In this document: piece by piece, positions 1-13,559 of the stretch
Layout: every line of letters starts with the position of its first letter
Numbering within the stretch: position 1 is the stretch's first letter
Assembly: GCF_963921235.1 (NCBI RefSeq)
Contig: NC_086097.1
Span: 183,770,001-183,834,000, forward strand
Length of the DNA: 64,000 bases
Direction of reading: 5' to 3'
From: Mobula hypostoma
Taxonomy: Eukaryota
Notes under the pieces: generated by a model
Told to the model about the DNA's origin: nothing
Databases searched by the model: none
What the model saw: the letters and a program-made list of their open reading frames with translations, nothing else
Program-made: the position numbers and the translations under genes

Positions 1-289
1 AAAGGGTGGCAGGGTAGTTGGGAAGTGGGCCATAGGGGGGAAATGATCCTACCTTTAATTGTCTTCTTCATGTACGTATTTCCAGCAGGATAAATGAAGG
101 GTGGTTGGGGTTAGGAATGTTAGTGGTTGTCTTTCCTTAGTCTTGGGACAGATGCCAGCTGCTCTTTTGCTTAGTTTTAAGAATTAACAATATTTGCTTC
201 CACTCCTGTGTTATGTGTTCTGAACTGACTGATGTGGGAACTGAAGACTCTTCCACAGAGAGGGAACTAGGTGTTTGATGGAGATCTTG

Positions 290-700
290 GTTTTCTTATT
301 CTTCCAATGAATCTGAAGGAGGTGGTGTGCTTCTAATATCTGATGGTGTGTTTCTAATATCATAAAGTGACAGTTGCACTTATCCAAGTCTCAGAAGAAA
401 ATAGCAAGGCAGTGATAACTGTTGCTTGGTAGATCATGAATTTGTGTCAAGTTTTGATTATCTTTTGAATGTAAGCAACAGAAGGCTTTATTAGCATATT
501 GAAGGAGGTGGTTAACTTCATCAATATTAACCTTCCCTGGAAGCTGGATCCAGAGATATGGGAAATTATCTGTGTTTTCCAGGATTTCACATGAACCTTT
601 ATTGTCAGAGGAGTGAGGTACAGTGGTGGCTGCTTAGTAAAAGCCTTCTGTCTTGCAGATGTCTAGAGACAACAAGACTCATCCTGTCATACGGTTTTGC
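290..700 (-). mobile_element. Old RTE-type LINE relic (RT C-terminal region)
   Basis: Minus-strand translation near 480-585 gives LENTDNFPYLWIQLPGKVNIDEVNHLLQYANKAF, resembling the RTE 'LENVDHFPYLGS...IDDEI.HRLQCAS.AF' region; decayed, boundaries approximate. Confidence 0.55.
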
Positions 701-724
701 GATCAAATCAATGTTATATTGGTA

Positions 725-1450
725 ACACACACAGAATGCTGGAGGAACTCAGCTGGCCAGGTCACATCAATGGAAAAAAAGTGCAGTTAACATTTTGGCA
801 TGACCCTTCAACAGGACTGGAGAAAAAAAAGATGAGGAGTAGATTTAAAAAGCGTGGAGGGGAGAGAGAAACACAAGGTGAAACTGGGAGGGGAAGGGAT
901 GAAGTAAAGAGATAGGAGGTTGATTGGTGAAAGAGATACAGGGCTGGAGAGGGTGAGTCTGACAGGAGAAGACAGAAGGCCATGGAAGGAAGAGAAGGTG
1001 AGAGAAGCACCTGAGGGAGGTGATGGGCAGGCATGGAGATAAGGAGAGAGAGGGAAAAGGGGTGGAGAATGGTGAAGCGGGGCATTATCAGAAGTTCAAG
1101 GAATTGACGTTCATGCCATCAGGTTGGAGGCTACCCAGACAGTGCTCCCTCTGGTGCTCCTCCTTTTTTTTCTTTCTTCCATGCTCTTCTATCGTCTCCT
1201 ATCAGACTCCCCTTCTCTAACCTTGTATCTCTTTCACCAATCAACTTCCCAGCTCTTTACTTCAACCCTCTACCTCCCACTTTCACCTATGACCTTGTGT
1301 TTCTCTCTCCCCGCCCCCAACTTTTACATCTACTCCTCATCTTTTTTTTCTCCAGTCCTGCCAAAGGGTCTCGACCCGAAACGTTGACTGTACTTTTTTT
1401 CCTAGATGCTGCCTGGCCTGCTGAGTTCCTCCAGCATCTGCAGATTTTCT
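725..1450. mobile_element. Two Penelope-like 3' ends (pLTR) in inverted orientation
   Basis: 725-1140 (-) and ~1141-1450 (+) are reverse complements over ~300 bp and match the 3' region of the Penelope at 35300-35703, including degenerate hammerhead motifs at ~783-820 and 1352-1390. Confidence 0.8.
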
Positions 1451-1719
1451 CATGAATATTATACTGGTACATGGCCTCTGACTGCACACAACCACAGAAT
1501 GCAGCTTGATTGCTGTAGTCCGGGTAATCTTGGTAATGGAGTGCAGTTTGAGTCATAGTTATCCAGCATGGATGCAGGCCTTTCAGCCCAACAAGGCCCT
1601 GGTGTCCACTCATCCCATCTCATCCCAACTCCCATGTCCATCTGAGCCCTACCATTAGGACAGTCTACTCAACACGACCATGTTTTTACTGGCTGCTGTT
1701 AATTAGCTAATTAACCAAT

Positions 1720-2260
1720 CAAAGTTTCAAAGTTCAAAGTAAATTCTATTAACAGAGTACATATATGTCACCACATACAACCCTAAGATTCTTTTTCCAT
1801 CAGGTATATTCAGCAAACCTATAGAATAGTACCTATAACAGGATCAATGACAGAGCAAGTAGAGCATAGAAGACAACAAACTGTGCAAATTCAAATATAA
1901 ATAAGTTGCAATATGTAACAAGAACATGAAATAACAAAATAAAGACCCTTAAAGTGAGATCATTGACTGTGTGAACACCTCAATAGATGAGTGTAGCTAT
2001 CCACTTTTGTTAAAGAGCCCGATGGTTGAGGGTCAGTGACTATTCTTGAGCTTGGTGGCGTGAGTCCTGAAGCTCTTGTAACTTCTACTTGATGGAAGCA
2101 GCAAGAAAAGAGCATGTCCTCTGTGGTGAGGATCTTTGATGATGGAAGTTGTTTTCCTGCAACAACGTTTCATGTAGATGTGCTCAATGGTTGGGAGGGC
2201 TTTACCTGTGATGTACTTATATACTAGGCCGAATCTACTACCTTTTGTAGGATTTTCCTG
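1720..2260 (-). mobile_element. Rex1/Babar LINE 3' fragment
   Basis: AAAGTTC-type tail at ~1721-1740; minus strand encodes an LPSSRSYKSFRTHATKLKNS-like terminal motif shared with other Rex copies in the window. Confidence 0.65.
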
Positions 2261-2375
2261 TTAACTAACGTTTTATAGACTTGTCTCTTTAAAATTACCA
2301 CAAAGTTAAACACACAAGCAAGCCCTGAGCCATTGTTCCTTTAAACTCTCCCACTCTTGCTTTAAGCTCTGAGCC

Positions 2376-2466
2376 CTGTAAGGAGTGCTGTAAAGAGTGT
2401 GGTCAAGAGTGCTGTAAAGTTGCTGTAAAGAGTGTGGTAAAGAGTGCTGTAAGGTTGCTGTAAATG
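2376..2466. repeat. ~12-bp minisatellite (CTGTAAAGAGTG)n
   Basis: About 7-8 imperfect tandem units visible. Confidence 0.85.
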
Positions 2467-2734
2467 AAAGTTTCCCATTGATCAGCTCTACCACCCCCCA
2501 TGATAAGAAGTTTATTGAAGATGAGGTGCAGTACCATGTGGAATAAAGATAGAGAAAATTGTAGGAGGAATTCTGTAGCCTTGTACGGCACTACCTTCTC
2601 TCAGGTTCTGTTGCAGATTCCTTGGCTAGTCATAGACATGGTGAAACAAAGGGCATGCTTCCATGCTGTTTGATTATGTCAAAAAATAGCACTCATCTAC
2701 ACCAATCTCACAACTCTCCTGCGACTCACCTCTA

Positions 2735-2885
2735 AAGTAGGCAACTCACCTGCCAATCAGTGTGTAGGTGGAAACCCAAGCACCAGGAAGAAACTGAAGT
2801 GATGACAAGAAGAATGTGCAAACTTTACACAGACAGCACTGGGATCAGGTACGGACCTGGGTCTCTGAAGCTGTGGGGTAGTGGT
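2735..2885 (-). mobile_element. V-SINE/HE1-like SINE fragment
   Basis: Minus strand GTGTAAAGTTTGCACATTCTTCTTGTC resembles the V-domain (GTGGAGTTTGCATGTTCTCCCCGTG); degenerate tRNA-like head next to it. Confidence 0.5.
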
Positions 2886-2889
2886 GAAA

Positions 2890-3480
2890 AAAGATAGGAA
2901 TGAGAGCTATATCAGTGGATAACTGAATCTGAGGGAGATCTCTCATAATCCCTCCTGATGGACAGAGTGAATGGTGTTTGAAAACAAGTTTGGAAAGGTT
3001 GTGTATCGCGTGTGTTGCCTCTGGAAGGACAGAACTCACATTGTCATATGGTGAGAAAATCTTTGGAAATCTAAGTTGAGGTGGCTGAGGAGGACCCTGG
3101 CAGTGAATTCCCTGGGAGAAGGCAACATGGAGACCACACTGTAATCACGATTAATGTCTCCTAGTGTAGCTCTGCCTTCACAGATATGGGTGATGAATCT
3201 GTGGATTTGTGATGCCATGTGCTCCAAAGGCCTTGTTATTTTTGAGTTAAGGCATGGCCTTCTCAGCTTCTTGTGGTTTAGGAGTGACAGCAAGACAGGA
3301 GTGCATAGACGGACTGTGTGGTGGAATCAAGGGGGCTCACATCAGTGACAGAGTCACAGCTGAGGAAAGCTTCCAATTCTTCCTTACTGATGGGTTCACC
3401 ACTCTTCTGGCCCCCTTTACAACATTTCTCTGGGACAAGCTAATTCAGGGAATAAATGATGATAATACTTCAGCCAGCAA
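2890..3480 (-). mobile_element. Old RTE-type LINE relic (RT N-terminal region)
   Basis: Minus-strand fragments resembling LKNNKAFGAHGI and FTARVLLSHL; many stops and frameshifts. Confidence 0.5.
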
Positions 3481-3594
3481 TCACTAAGTAAACTCAATGA
3501 ACAGTACTTTACAGATTTAATTTTGGATTTCTAATAATGTACCAGTCGGAATTTCCAAAGCAGAATATGAAAAGCTCTTATGTATCCTACCCAC

Positions 3595-5560
3595 ATTTGA
3601 GTTTAGAAAAGACAGGGTTATCTCATGGAAATACATAAAATTCTCATGGAGCTTGGGAGGAGAGATGCAGTCTCTAGAACCACAGGCCACAGACCAAAAA
3701 TAAGTGATTGGTCATTCATGTGATGAGAAATTTCTTCATCCAGGAGCTGGGGAAGCTGGAATTCTCTATCTTAACTGGCTGTGGAGATTCAGTTAGTCAG
3801 TCCATCAAAGACAGAGATGGATAGATTTTCAGATATTAATGGAATTAAGGAATATGGCGTTGGTGTAGTAAGAGGTGCAGAGAACAAAGACCAGCTATGA
3901 TTCATTGATTAGAGTAGCAAGCAAAATAAGCCTTATAAGATCTTTAACCATAAGATACTGGAGCACAATTAGGCCATTTGGTTCAGCGAATCTGCTTCGC
4001 CACTTAATCATGGCTGATCCATTTCCCTCTCAACCCCATCCTCTTGCCTTCTCCCTGTAATCTTTTGCACCCTGACTTATCGAAAAAGCTATCACTCTCA
4101 GCCTTAAATATACCCATTGACCTGGGCTCCACGGTCACCAGAGGCAACAAATTCCACAAAATCACCACCCTCTGGCTAAAGAGGTTCCTCCTCTTCTCCA
4201 TTCTAAATAGAAATCCCTCTTTTCTGAGGTGATGCCCTCTGGTCCTAGACTCCCCCACTGTAGGAAATATCCTCTGTACGTCCACTCTATCTGGGCCTTT
4301 CAACATTCGATAGGTTTCAATGAGAGTCCCTCCTTATTTTTCTAATTCCAATGAGTACAGGCCCATAACCAGCAATCGCTCCACATATGACAAGCCTTTC
4401 AATCCTGGAATCATTTTTGTGAACCTCCTTAGAATCCATTCCAATATCAGCACATTCTTTTTTAGATAAGGGACCCAGAACTGCTCTCAGTACTGCAACT
4501 GAGGTCTCTCCGATGCTTTATAAAACCTCAGCATTACAGCCCTGTTTTTTATATTCTAATCCATATTCATTAGGCTTGCTTCTACATCTATTTAAAAAAA
4601 ACGGCACCATACCAGTTTAAAACTTTGTGGTTACAATAGAGAACAGTTCAAGTAGTGAACATACCCTCACTCCCTGCAGCATTATATACAACTGAGCTCT
4701 TTACGGAACCTGGACGACATGCTAAATGTGTAGAGGGCAATAAGCCAATGACTCATTCAAGGGTCTGCTACCGTGAAGTTCAATTACACGAAGAGTATAT
4801 GGACTTCTTAAATTCAATAGACGCTATAAGCAGTACTTAACAGAGTAACAACAATTCTAAAAGAAAACTGCAGAAATGAGCTTTAGGACCATAAGAGCAT
4901 TAGACGTAGGAGCAGAATTATGCCATTCATCCTATCAAGTTTGCACCACCATCCCATCATAGCTGGTTTATTATCCCTCACAATCCCATTCACCTGCCTT
5001 CTCACCATAACCTTTGATACCCTGACTAATCAAGATCGATCAACCTTTGCTTTAAATATACTCAATGACTCGATCTCCAGAGCGGTCTGTGACAATGAAT
5101 TCCACAGATTCACCACAGTCAGGCTAAAGAAGTCTTCCTCACCCCTGTTCTAAATGGATGTCCCTCCATTCTGAGTCTGTGCCCTCTGGTCTTAAACTTA
5201 TTCTTCATTCTCCTAAACTCAAGTGAGTACAGGCCCAGAGCCATCAAATGCTCCTTATATGACAAGCCATTCATTCCCAGAGTCATTCTCATGAACCTCC
5301 TCTGGACCATCTCCAACGCTGGCACATCTTTTCTCAGATAAGGGGCCCAAAACTGCTCTCAATATTATGCCTTCTAAAGCCTCAACATTACATCCTTGCT
5401 TTTATATTCTAGTCCTTATGAAATGAATGCTAACATTGCATTTGCCTTCCTTACCACTGACTCAGCCTGCAGATTAATCTTTAGAGAATCCTGCATAAGG
5501 ACTCCCAAGCCCCTATGCATCTCTGATTTTTAAATTTTCTCCTTGTTTAGAAAATAGCCT
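3595..5560. mobile_element. Cluster of CR1 LINE 3' fragments (3595-3910 +, 3940-4560 -, 4890-5560 -)
   Basis: ORFs 4004..4306 and 5119..5325 encode the CR1 ORF2 C-terminus (LGLYSLEFRRM, SRTRGH, RRNLFSQRVV). Confidence 0.85.
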
Positions 5561-5569
5561 ACATAATAG

Positions 5570-6680
5570 CTTACATAAAATCAAGGATGATGAGCAATAC
5601 AAGGAATATATATTAACTTGCAGATTAGCCACAGGTGGTGATAAAATTATTGGCAATTTCAAAACTAAATTAACAATTAAGACATCAATATGAATATTGA
5701 CATGACTAAAAATTGCTTCACCGAGAGAAGGGATACAGATGATTAGAATTTCAGAAAAATCTCATAGGCAAGAAGCAGATTACTGTTGAATAGGCAGACT
5801 GGTGACAACAATAACCAATCTACCTCATACAGCCACAAGATTTTCTTATCTAGTTTGCCAATGACCTCTGATATTATACAATAGCATTATCAAGGATTAT
5901 CACTCTCTCAGTATGACCATGACATTGAGGGCAAAGCATCCAAGCCAAACTTTATGATAAACACCCTATTGAGACCACTTAATAAAGATACCACAGCAAT
6001 CATTGAAAGAATATTTGCAGTCTATAGATGATAAAGATTATTTCCCCACCATTGCACTGTCGATATCTAGGTTTCAGTGGAAATAGCTAAACAAGAAAGT
6101 TCTGATTTTCAGGCAAGTTCAGGAACATACCCTAACGAAATGGAATCATTCACACATGTCTGAATGAAGACATAAAGCTGTTTCATTGCAGACACTATGA
6201 ATGGTTCACGAACCAGGACTGAATAAGGTGGGACACTTGGTACTAATAATGAAGGAGTAGCATTAGAAGATTTTGGAGAACAATGGATTAAAACACTGTT
6301 TCACTTCTTACTAGCCAGCCTTAAATGGGGAAGTGGAAAGGTCAGTTTGTAGAATAAATGGAGCATTGAGGAAATAGGTCATGGAGGGTCAATTGACCAT
6401 CACAATGAGACATTGACTTGTGGCTCTCTTTCTGAGTTACAGAACAATGCCACTTTCCACAGCAGGATACACTCGAGCAGAAATACTACTGGACTGAAGA
6501 CTCAGCATGTGGTTGAATTGTTTGCAACTCAATTTGGAAGAAGAAAGGGAGAACAAACAGCAGAAACTAAATAAACATCGTGAAACAGATGCCGGGGAAA
6601 AGAGGTTCAGCATACATGATTGAATTAGTGTATTTCACCAGTGTCTGAGAACTCATTAGGGAACTATTGTTCTATACACA
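5570..6680 (+). mobile_element. Highly decayed Gypsy pol relic
   Basis: ~6425-6530 translates to LFLSYRTMPLSTAGYTRAEILLD*RLSMWLNCL, like the Gypsy integrase C-terminal 'FLFSYRTTPHSTTG.SPAELL' motif; outer limits uncertain. Confidence 0.5.
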
Positions 6681-9600
6681 GACTAAGAGAAATTAGAAAG
6701 TCTGAACTGTCTGTGGATTCCACTTTCTCCTGGTTTTGATTATCTAGCAGAACAGTACAGAATGTTATAGGAACAGGGGTATTCCTGAAGTGATTCCTAC
6801 AAATTTTTGAAAAGAATCAGCATACAATATTTTTGATGAGAGTCAAGATGAGACAATATTTTTGAGTTGGTGATGGATGATACTCCAAGACACCATGTGA
6901 ATGTGTGTGCTTAAAACAAGTGGCACACAAGTCCAGATTTGGGGGTTCAACCTGAAACTTCGACAATTCCTTTTCCTCCACAAGTGCTGCCCGACACCTT
7001 GAATTCCTCCAGCAGATTATTTCTTGTTGCAGGTTCCAGTGTTTGCAAACCCTTGTATCTCTCTTGTATATAAACATAGGTTGCAAACTACTATATAAGT
7101 GCTTAAATTGCAACAAGGAAAGGTAATACTGTGTTCCTTGCATCTCGTGTATATTAATCTGTTAACTTTGCATTGACTTTGTTGGAGTTAAGAATTCAAT
7201 AGGCAAACATGTTTTACAGGTAAGTATATTATTTAAAATGAGCCTACCTGAATACAGTACCAAGTGCTGGACTCATCTGGCTAGAACCTGCTTAGTTAAG
7301 TTATTTGGAAACAGACCTCAAGAGTTTATTGAAATTTGCTCAGGCCCTTAGCAGGGTAATTTTATCTCAGTGGTATATCTGGGACCTGTTACCAGGGGAG
7401 GTGGTGGAATCAAATATGATTACTATGTTAAGAGGTAAACAGGCAAGAATAGATGAACATATCCTAATGCTGGAAAATGGAATTAATATAGGTGGGCTAA
7501 AATGGGCATGGACATGTTGGATTGATCAGGCTTGTTTCTGTCCTGTGCAAACAATTTTTATGATGGAGAGTCATAGCCCAAAACATCAACAGTTTATTCA
7601 TTTCCATAGATGCTGCCTGACCTGCTGAGTTCCTCCAGCATTTTGTGTGTGACTCCATGACAGGATAGAATATCATTCAGGTTGGAACTCCATAATATAA
7701 ATAGAAAATGCTCAAAGCAGGTTATCTATGGAAAGTTAAAGCAAATTTATTTCCCTTTCCATATATTCTATTTGACTTGGCTGAGCACTTCCTACAATGA
7801 ATTGTGCGATCATTTAAACTGGTGAAATGGGATTAACAGCTGGTTAGCATCACTCTGTACAATCACATCAAATGAAATTAAAATCTACCTTGCTCCATAC
7901 TCCCAGCTTCTAACTTTAAGCCACATCAAATCTTAAGCAATAGAAGTCTAAAACTTTCATAAACAACCTGAATTCAGGGTTACTCAAGGACAAGGTTATT
8001 TCATGCTTTAGATGAATAATTAAAACACCATAACACAACTGTATGACACAGTGAAGTTGCACACTTGAACACTGCAGCTCATAATTTGGTTGTACAAATT
8101 AAGAATGTTATAACCTTTGTTGAGCACAATATACAGATAAATATTCTGAAGCAAGTATCTTGTATTGCTTTTCTTTCAATAGCCTTCAGCTTCATTTTAC
8201 CAGATGTCCTGATTTTGACCATCCAGCTGATTTGTTTCTTTTCCTTCTACAGTTTTTCTGGTTTTGTAGATAATGCTCAAGTGTATATATTCAAGCGTAT
8301 GAAAGCAGCAAAGGATGTGAATAAAGCTGGAGGATGCACCAGAATGTCCTGTATTGTGTATTTAATATATCAGTAATATTTGAGTAATAATTGTTTGATA
8401 GTTTGATTAAGCATTCTTTGTTGTTCAAGTAATTCATTATGGTTATCTGTACAAAATATGAGAATCGCATATGGCATGATGCTACCATATCATACATGTA
8501 CCATAGTTAAAGTAAAGACAAAGTTAGATTCACATTCTTGGCTCCTTTGTTTATTAAAAACATAACAGAGGTGGTGAGATAGTTTTGAAACAAACTCTAG
8601 ACAATTACATACCTGTTGAAGTGCAGTAAGTTGCTCAAGTTAAAAATTGTGCAGCACATTTTCTTCACTAAAGGAGAGATGATCAAGTAGGAAGTAAGGC
8701 AGAAAACTGAAGCATTCACAGGTTCATAAACAGTGAGTATCAGGTGATAATGATCATAAAAAAGAGCAGAAATGGCAGGCACATTGGAAAAATTGATGTA
8801 TTCAATTACTCAACACATAACTGGATATTTTATACTGAGCAAATTGAGTAATATTTTAAAGCAAATGGAATAGCCAATGAGAAACAAGTGCCAGTTTTGT
8901 GGAGTTCACTGGATTTAAAGGCATGCAGTTTGCTTTGGAGTTAACCACTCCAACCACACCTGCCAAAATGAGCTTTGCTGATATCATGAAAGTAATGCAG
9001 GAATATTTAGAACTGAAACCACTGTTGATTGCAGAATGCTTTAGGTTTCATAAGTGGAATATAAAGGAAGGAGAGTCCATTTCAATGCACGTGGCTAAAT
9101 TGAAGAAGTTGTCTGAGACTTGTCAATTTGGTAATGGGCGTAATGATGCACTGAGAGATCATTTAATTTGTGGAATCTTCCAAGAAAGCATTCAAAAATG
9201 GCTTCTAACTGAAGCACGACTTACATTTAAAAGAACAGTTGGAAGAGCTGTATCAATAGAAGCAGCAGGCAGAGATGCAATTGAGTTGCAGACAGAAATG
9301 AAAGTGAGGGTGAACAAAAGTGCATCATTTAAACAGAAGTATGGTCTAGCCAAACCAATTATGCTACCATTGTGGCACGAGCTCATAATCACCAGACCAA
9401 TACAGATTTAAAGGTGAAACTTTAAAAAAATGCAACAAAGTAGGACACATACAAACAACATGTTGGGTAGACAAAAATAAATGAATTGCACAGGGAAAAG
9501 AAAAAGATAAAAAGTCAAATTGCAGTTCCAAAAAGAGCACAAATCTGCAAGCTGTTGATGAAAATTGTGATAATGAGAAAAGTTACATATGACTTGGTAG

Positions 9601-9759
9601 CCTTGAGATTTACAGTGTGAAATCTGACAATTGGCAAACAATATAGTTTACACCAGAAGTAAACAGCAAATTAATTAAAATGGAATTGGACACTGGCTCG
9701 GCTGTTTCAGACATTCCACAAAATGAGTTTGAACAACATTTCAAAGATACTGAAGCAGC

Positions 9760-10548
9760 TTATTCTTCTCTTCTCATGTCTGTTTTTTCTCTTTTCAAGG
9801 TGGCTGGGATCTTGTCAAAGTCTGTGAATTACAGCTGCAGCTCAAACTACGGTTCTTCACGGGCAGTGGGTTCTCTCTCTTGGACTCGCCGAGCGGCCTG
9901 CAGTTTCAATATCTTCAGGCGCAGCTTGGAAGACAGGTGCCTTTGTGATGCAGTCCCATGGATGACCAAATTCCTCTCCGGTGTTGCTGACTGCAGCATG
10001 GCAGGAGACTGAAACATCCAGACAACAGGCTGTGTGCACTGCTGTTGGAAGACCCTGCACTTGAGCAATCTGTCTCCGTCTCTCTCTCTTGGTTGTGAGT
10101 GAGATTCTATTGGTCCTCGAGTTGGGGAACTTGGACAAGCAACATGGCAGATTGTATCAACGAAACAGCAAGCTACTAGTCTCCCCTCATTGTTGCAGGA
10201 ATGATATCTCTCTCTCCCTCACTAGTGAGAGAGAGAGTGTTGGGATGGACAGTAGTTTTTGATGGACTCTGAATCACGGTCTCTTTGAGGGCTTTGCTAT
10301 TGTTTGCATGGTAGATGGCGGGGGCCTTGATGCTTTTGTTGCAGCAAATGGGGGAGGGTTGATGCTTTTGCTACAGCTTGTGTGTGGGAAGCGGGAGGAA
10401 GGGTTTAGGGTTGTAATGTTTTCTGTCATTCATTCTTTTAGGTTTTTTCTGTTTTACGACTGTCTGTGAAGGGCAAGAATTTCAGGATGTATACTGTACA
10501 CATTCTGTGAAATTAAATTGAAGCACTGAACTTCTGAACCATTGAACA
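9760..10548 (+). mobile_element. Non-coding retroposon (Rex1/Babar-type tail) inserted in the Gypsy protease
   Basis: Interrupts the Gypsy protease after KDTE and ends in a TGAAC-type repeated tail (10520-10548); Gypsy sequence resumes afterwards. Confidence 0.55.
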
Positions 10549-10803
10549 GAAGCCTGCAGAATTCCAACTCAGAACTTATATCGGAGAAAGGATAACTCCT
10601 GAGGGAATGATGATCATAACAGTGAAATACAACACCAAACAGGTCACATTGGGCTTGTATGTGGAAAAAACTGGTTGTCCAGCATCGTAGGGACATGAGC
10701 AGCTGAGACACCTAAAACTTGGTTTTAGCTCCATCCATTATTTGTATGCCACATCCTCAGAGTCAACTGAAAGCTAATTAAGAAAGGTACTGGTTGATGC
10801 CAC

Positions 10804-11217
10804 AAACTGCTTGTTAAAGTAGATGCAAAGACCAAAGCCCAGCTGGATGAAGGGAAGGTCAAAAAGAAAGGAGTCAATGAAGATATGAAAACAGAGTATT
10901 TGTCAGATGATGTTGTAGATGAGAAAATCAAGAAAAGACATCAGTTCATAAAAGGACCAATAGAAAGATTAATAAGAGAATACTCCTGTGAATAAAATGC
11001 ACCTTCCAAAGATCTAGATGCACATTCTAGAAAAAAAAGGAAAAGAAAGAGGTGAATGACATCCATGCTATGGAAATGGAAGAGGATAAACGAGACCTAA
11101 TTTCTTGAGAAATTACCAAGTTCAGAGATACTCACAAAAAACTACAAGGAGAAAAGAAAGACAAGAAAAAGAAAGACAAGAAGATTAAAAGGATCAAAGT
11201 AGATCCAGAAAGAAAAG
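10804..11217 (+). pseudogene. RBM25: Processed RBM25 mRNA fragment (end of RRM, linker, start of Arg/Glu-rich region)
   Basis: Translates KLLVKVDAKTKAQLDEGKVKKK...IKGPIERLIREYSCE*NAPSKDLDAHSRKK, then after a frameshift DIHAMEMEEDKRDLIS*EITKFRDTHKKL. This matches recalled RBM25 (KLLVKVDAKTKAQLDEWKAKKK...IKGAIEVLIREYSSELNAPS...DINAIEMEEDKRDLISREISKFRDTHKKL). Two stops and at least one frameshift. Confidence 0.9.
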
Positions 11218-13559
11218 GAGAAGAAAGATGTCCAGAGCTATCAGAACCACTTTCTGCAGTCTCAGCGTCAACTCCTACAACCACCATAGAGGAGGTGTCA
11301 GAATCAGAGATTGTTTCACAGCCATAAGTCTCAGCTGCCAAGCAGAGTGATTCCCCTTGTCAGGAAGGACGTTATCCCACAAGAGTAAGAAATCCTCCAC
11401 AGCAATTAAATCTTTAGGCCTGAAACATGCCTTGCTTAAAGTAAAAACAAAGTTAGAATCATGTTCCCAGCTACTTTGTTTTCATTTCAATTAGTTTTTA
11501 TGTTTTGAAGTTACAAAACATAACATCTTACAAGTCTGTCTTTACTGAGCTTTAAGTCTGAAGGGTAGATATGGCTCCTAGAAAACTAAAAATGACCAAT
11601 TGCTGAAACATCTATAAAATCTACTGGCTTCAAAAACAAGGAGTGGTACCTAAAATTTGGGCACAAATAAGCACTCTATAATAAAATAAATAATATATTA
11701 ATTGATTATGGATTTTCCATGTTTAAAGTAACTTATTGGAATGTTCAATTTTCTTCAAAGTCATTCAACAGACTGAAACACTTAAAAACTTCCAAAAGAA
11801 GGCAGTTCCATACAGTTGTGGGTATATTACTTTTAGAGATAACCCACTGGAATCATCATTCACAGAATGTTGACATTGCCTTGAAATTCACGATTTATCG
11901 CTTATCACTCATTGTCCTTGAAGTGGTGAGCCACTTTGCATCATTGAAGTCAGAAATCCCAGCGACACCCTAGTTGATGAACTCACAAACTCCAGTGCTT
12001 TGTGATTTTCCCCTGATTCCAGCAAATGCAGTTTCTTGCGTCTCTAGCTAATTTCTTTGCATGTATTCCTTGCAACTACAACATTCTCACAGCGCTCTTG
12101 TATCGTGAATCCAGTGCGAATCCAGATTCAGACACAACAGCATTGCAAGGGATTAATTACCAAATTGTGATAATATGCAAGATGATCTTGCAGATAGTGT
12201 TTCCCACTGCCATTTCTTGTCTTGGTGGGAGAGATTGTGGGGTTGTGTGGTTGGTTAAGATTGGCCAGAAAGAAGTTAATTTTCTTGCACCGACTCATGA
12301 TTTACAGTATAATAGCAAGTCGATCCCAAATTTTTTTCTGTATCAAGACAAATTATTGCATCTTTGATCAGAAGTAGTGTGAATGTGCGTTGGTTGTGCA
12401 TTACACAGAGCCACTGCTCATAATTTAACTACTAGGATGTAGAATGTGTTGCTAAGACTATTAAAGGTGCAAGCAAGGCTTAAAAGCAAATAGGAGTATT
12501 GTTTTATAAAATAATGTGTTTAAGAAGCAAGTTTTTCCCCAGTGGATATCAGGAGAAGACAGTAATGTGATACTGAAATTGAGGACTGAACATATTGCAT
12601 TTGGTGACAGAGCAGACTCAGAGAGTCAACCTGCTTTCATATTTCTGTGTTTTGTTTCAGTTGATTTATTTTCTAGAAAATGAAAACATTTTATTGGTTG
12701 TGCTTAACGTTTATTCAGATACTACACTGCAAACAAATCTGTTTCTGATGCGTTGTTCTGGCTGGGATGGAGCAGCATCATAGTCAGTGTGTAATGAACT
12801 AATTTTCGTGCTTTATTTTGATTTAATCTGAACATCTAAGTTCTACTATAAACTTGCAAACCCTGGGGAAAAGCAAGTAAATGCAGTCACCACAGCCATT
12901 TTTGATTTGGAGTGGAGCAGTGACACTGTCAGAGGAAAGGAACAGATTGCTTTGTTGGGGAAAAGCGGACTCAGTAGCTCAGGCATTTCTTCAGCAACTG
13001 TGAAGTGGATTTGTTGTCCTGAGATAAACCATACCACCAATGCAAGGGTGGCACGGTTCTGACGATTGGCTTCTTCATTGAGCATAAAACAGAATGAGGA
13101 TGTTGTAACAAACTGGAAAACTCAGTGTTTTCCTTTTACCTCCAAAACATTTATAGTTTGGAATCAGAAGTACACAGTTTTCTGGGAGCAGCGTGTGCCC
13201 AAATCTCATCTGGAATTGTTAAAGAACTTGTGAAGTTTATGTTCATGTGTCGCTTTCAAGCAGAGTGCAGAGTGAGCTGTAGATATGTAAACCATGAAGG
13301 AAATCATGATTCGCGATGTTGTTAGATTTACAGATATGAAGATAAAAGACTTCAAAATCAAGGTCAACATGATGTGATGTATTGACTTCACTTAATATTT
13401 TTGTTCTGCCCTCACACTGAGAAAAACCCATGTCATAAACATAGTCTGATTATATAGTATACTCTATGCTACTACTCCATAATAACATTACATTATCTCT
13501 GTTTTTCTATAAATTGTGCTACTTCTGCTAATCTTTCATTAAAATCTCTGTTCCTTTAG

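Larger units (their letters stand above)
8350..11525 (+). mobile_element. Gypsy (K02A2.6-like) LTR retrotransposon, pol deleted, carrying a captured RBM25 fragment
   Basis: 5' LTR 8350-8567 (TG...AACA); gag relic 8772-9400 (IGKIDVF..NW..YTEQIE*YFKANGIANEKQ, KPLLIAECFRFHKWN); protease MELDTGSAVS at 9680; partial 3' LTR 11426-11525. LTR and 3' region are homologous to the minus-strand copy at 60028-60660. TSD not recognisable. Confidence 0.85.

Noticed and set aside
8253..8350. Possible exon FSGFVDNAQVYIFKRMKAAKDVNKAGGCTRMS, in frame with ATG...CAG|GTAAGT at ~7209-7225
   Set aside because: The apparent donor is the first bases of the Gypsy LTR, the phase does not match the 13560 candidate, and I recognise no homology
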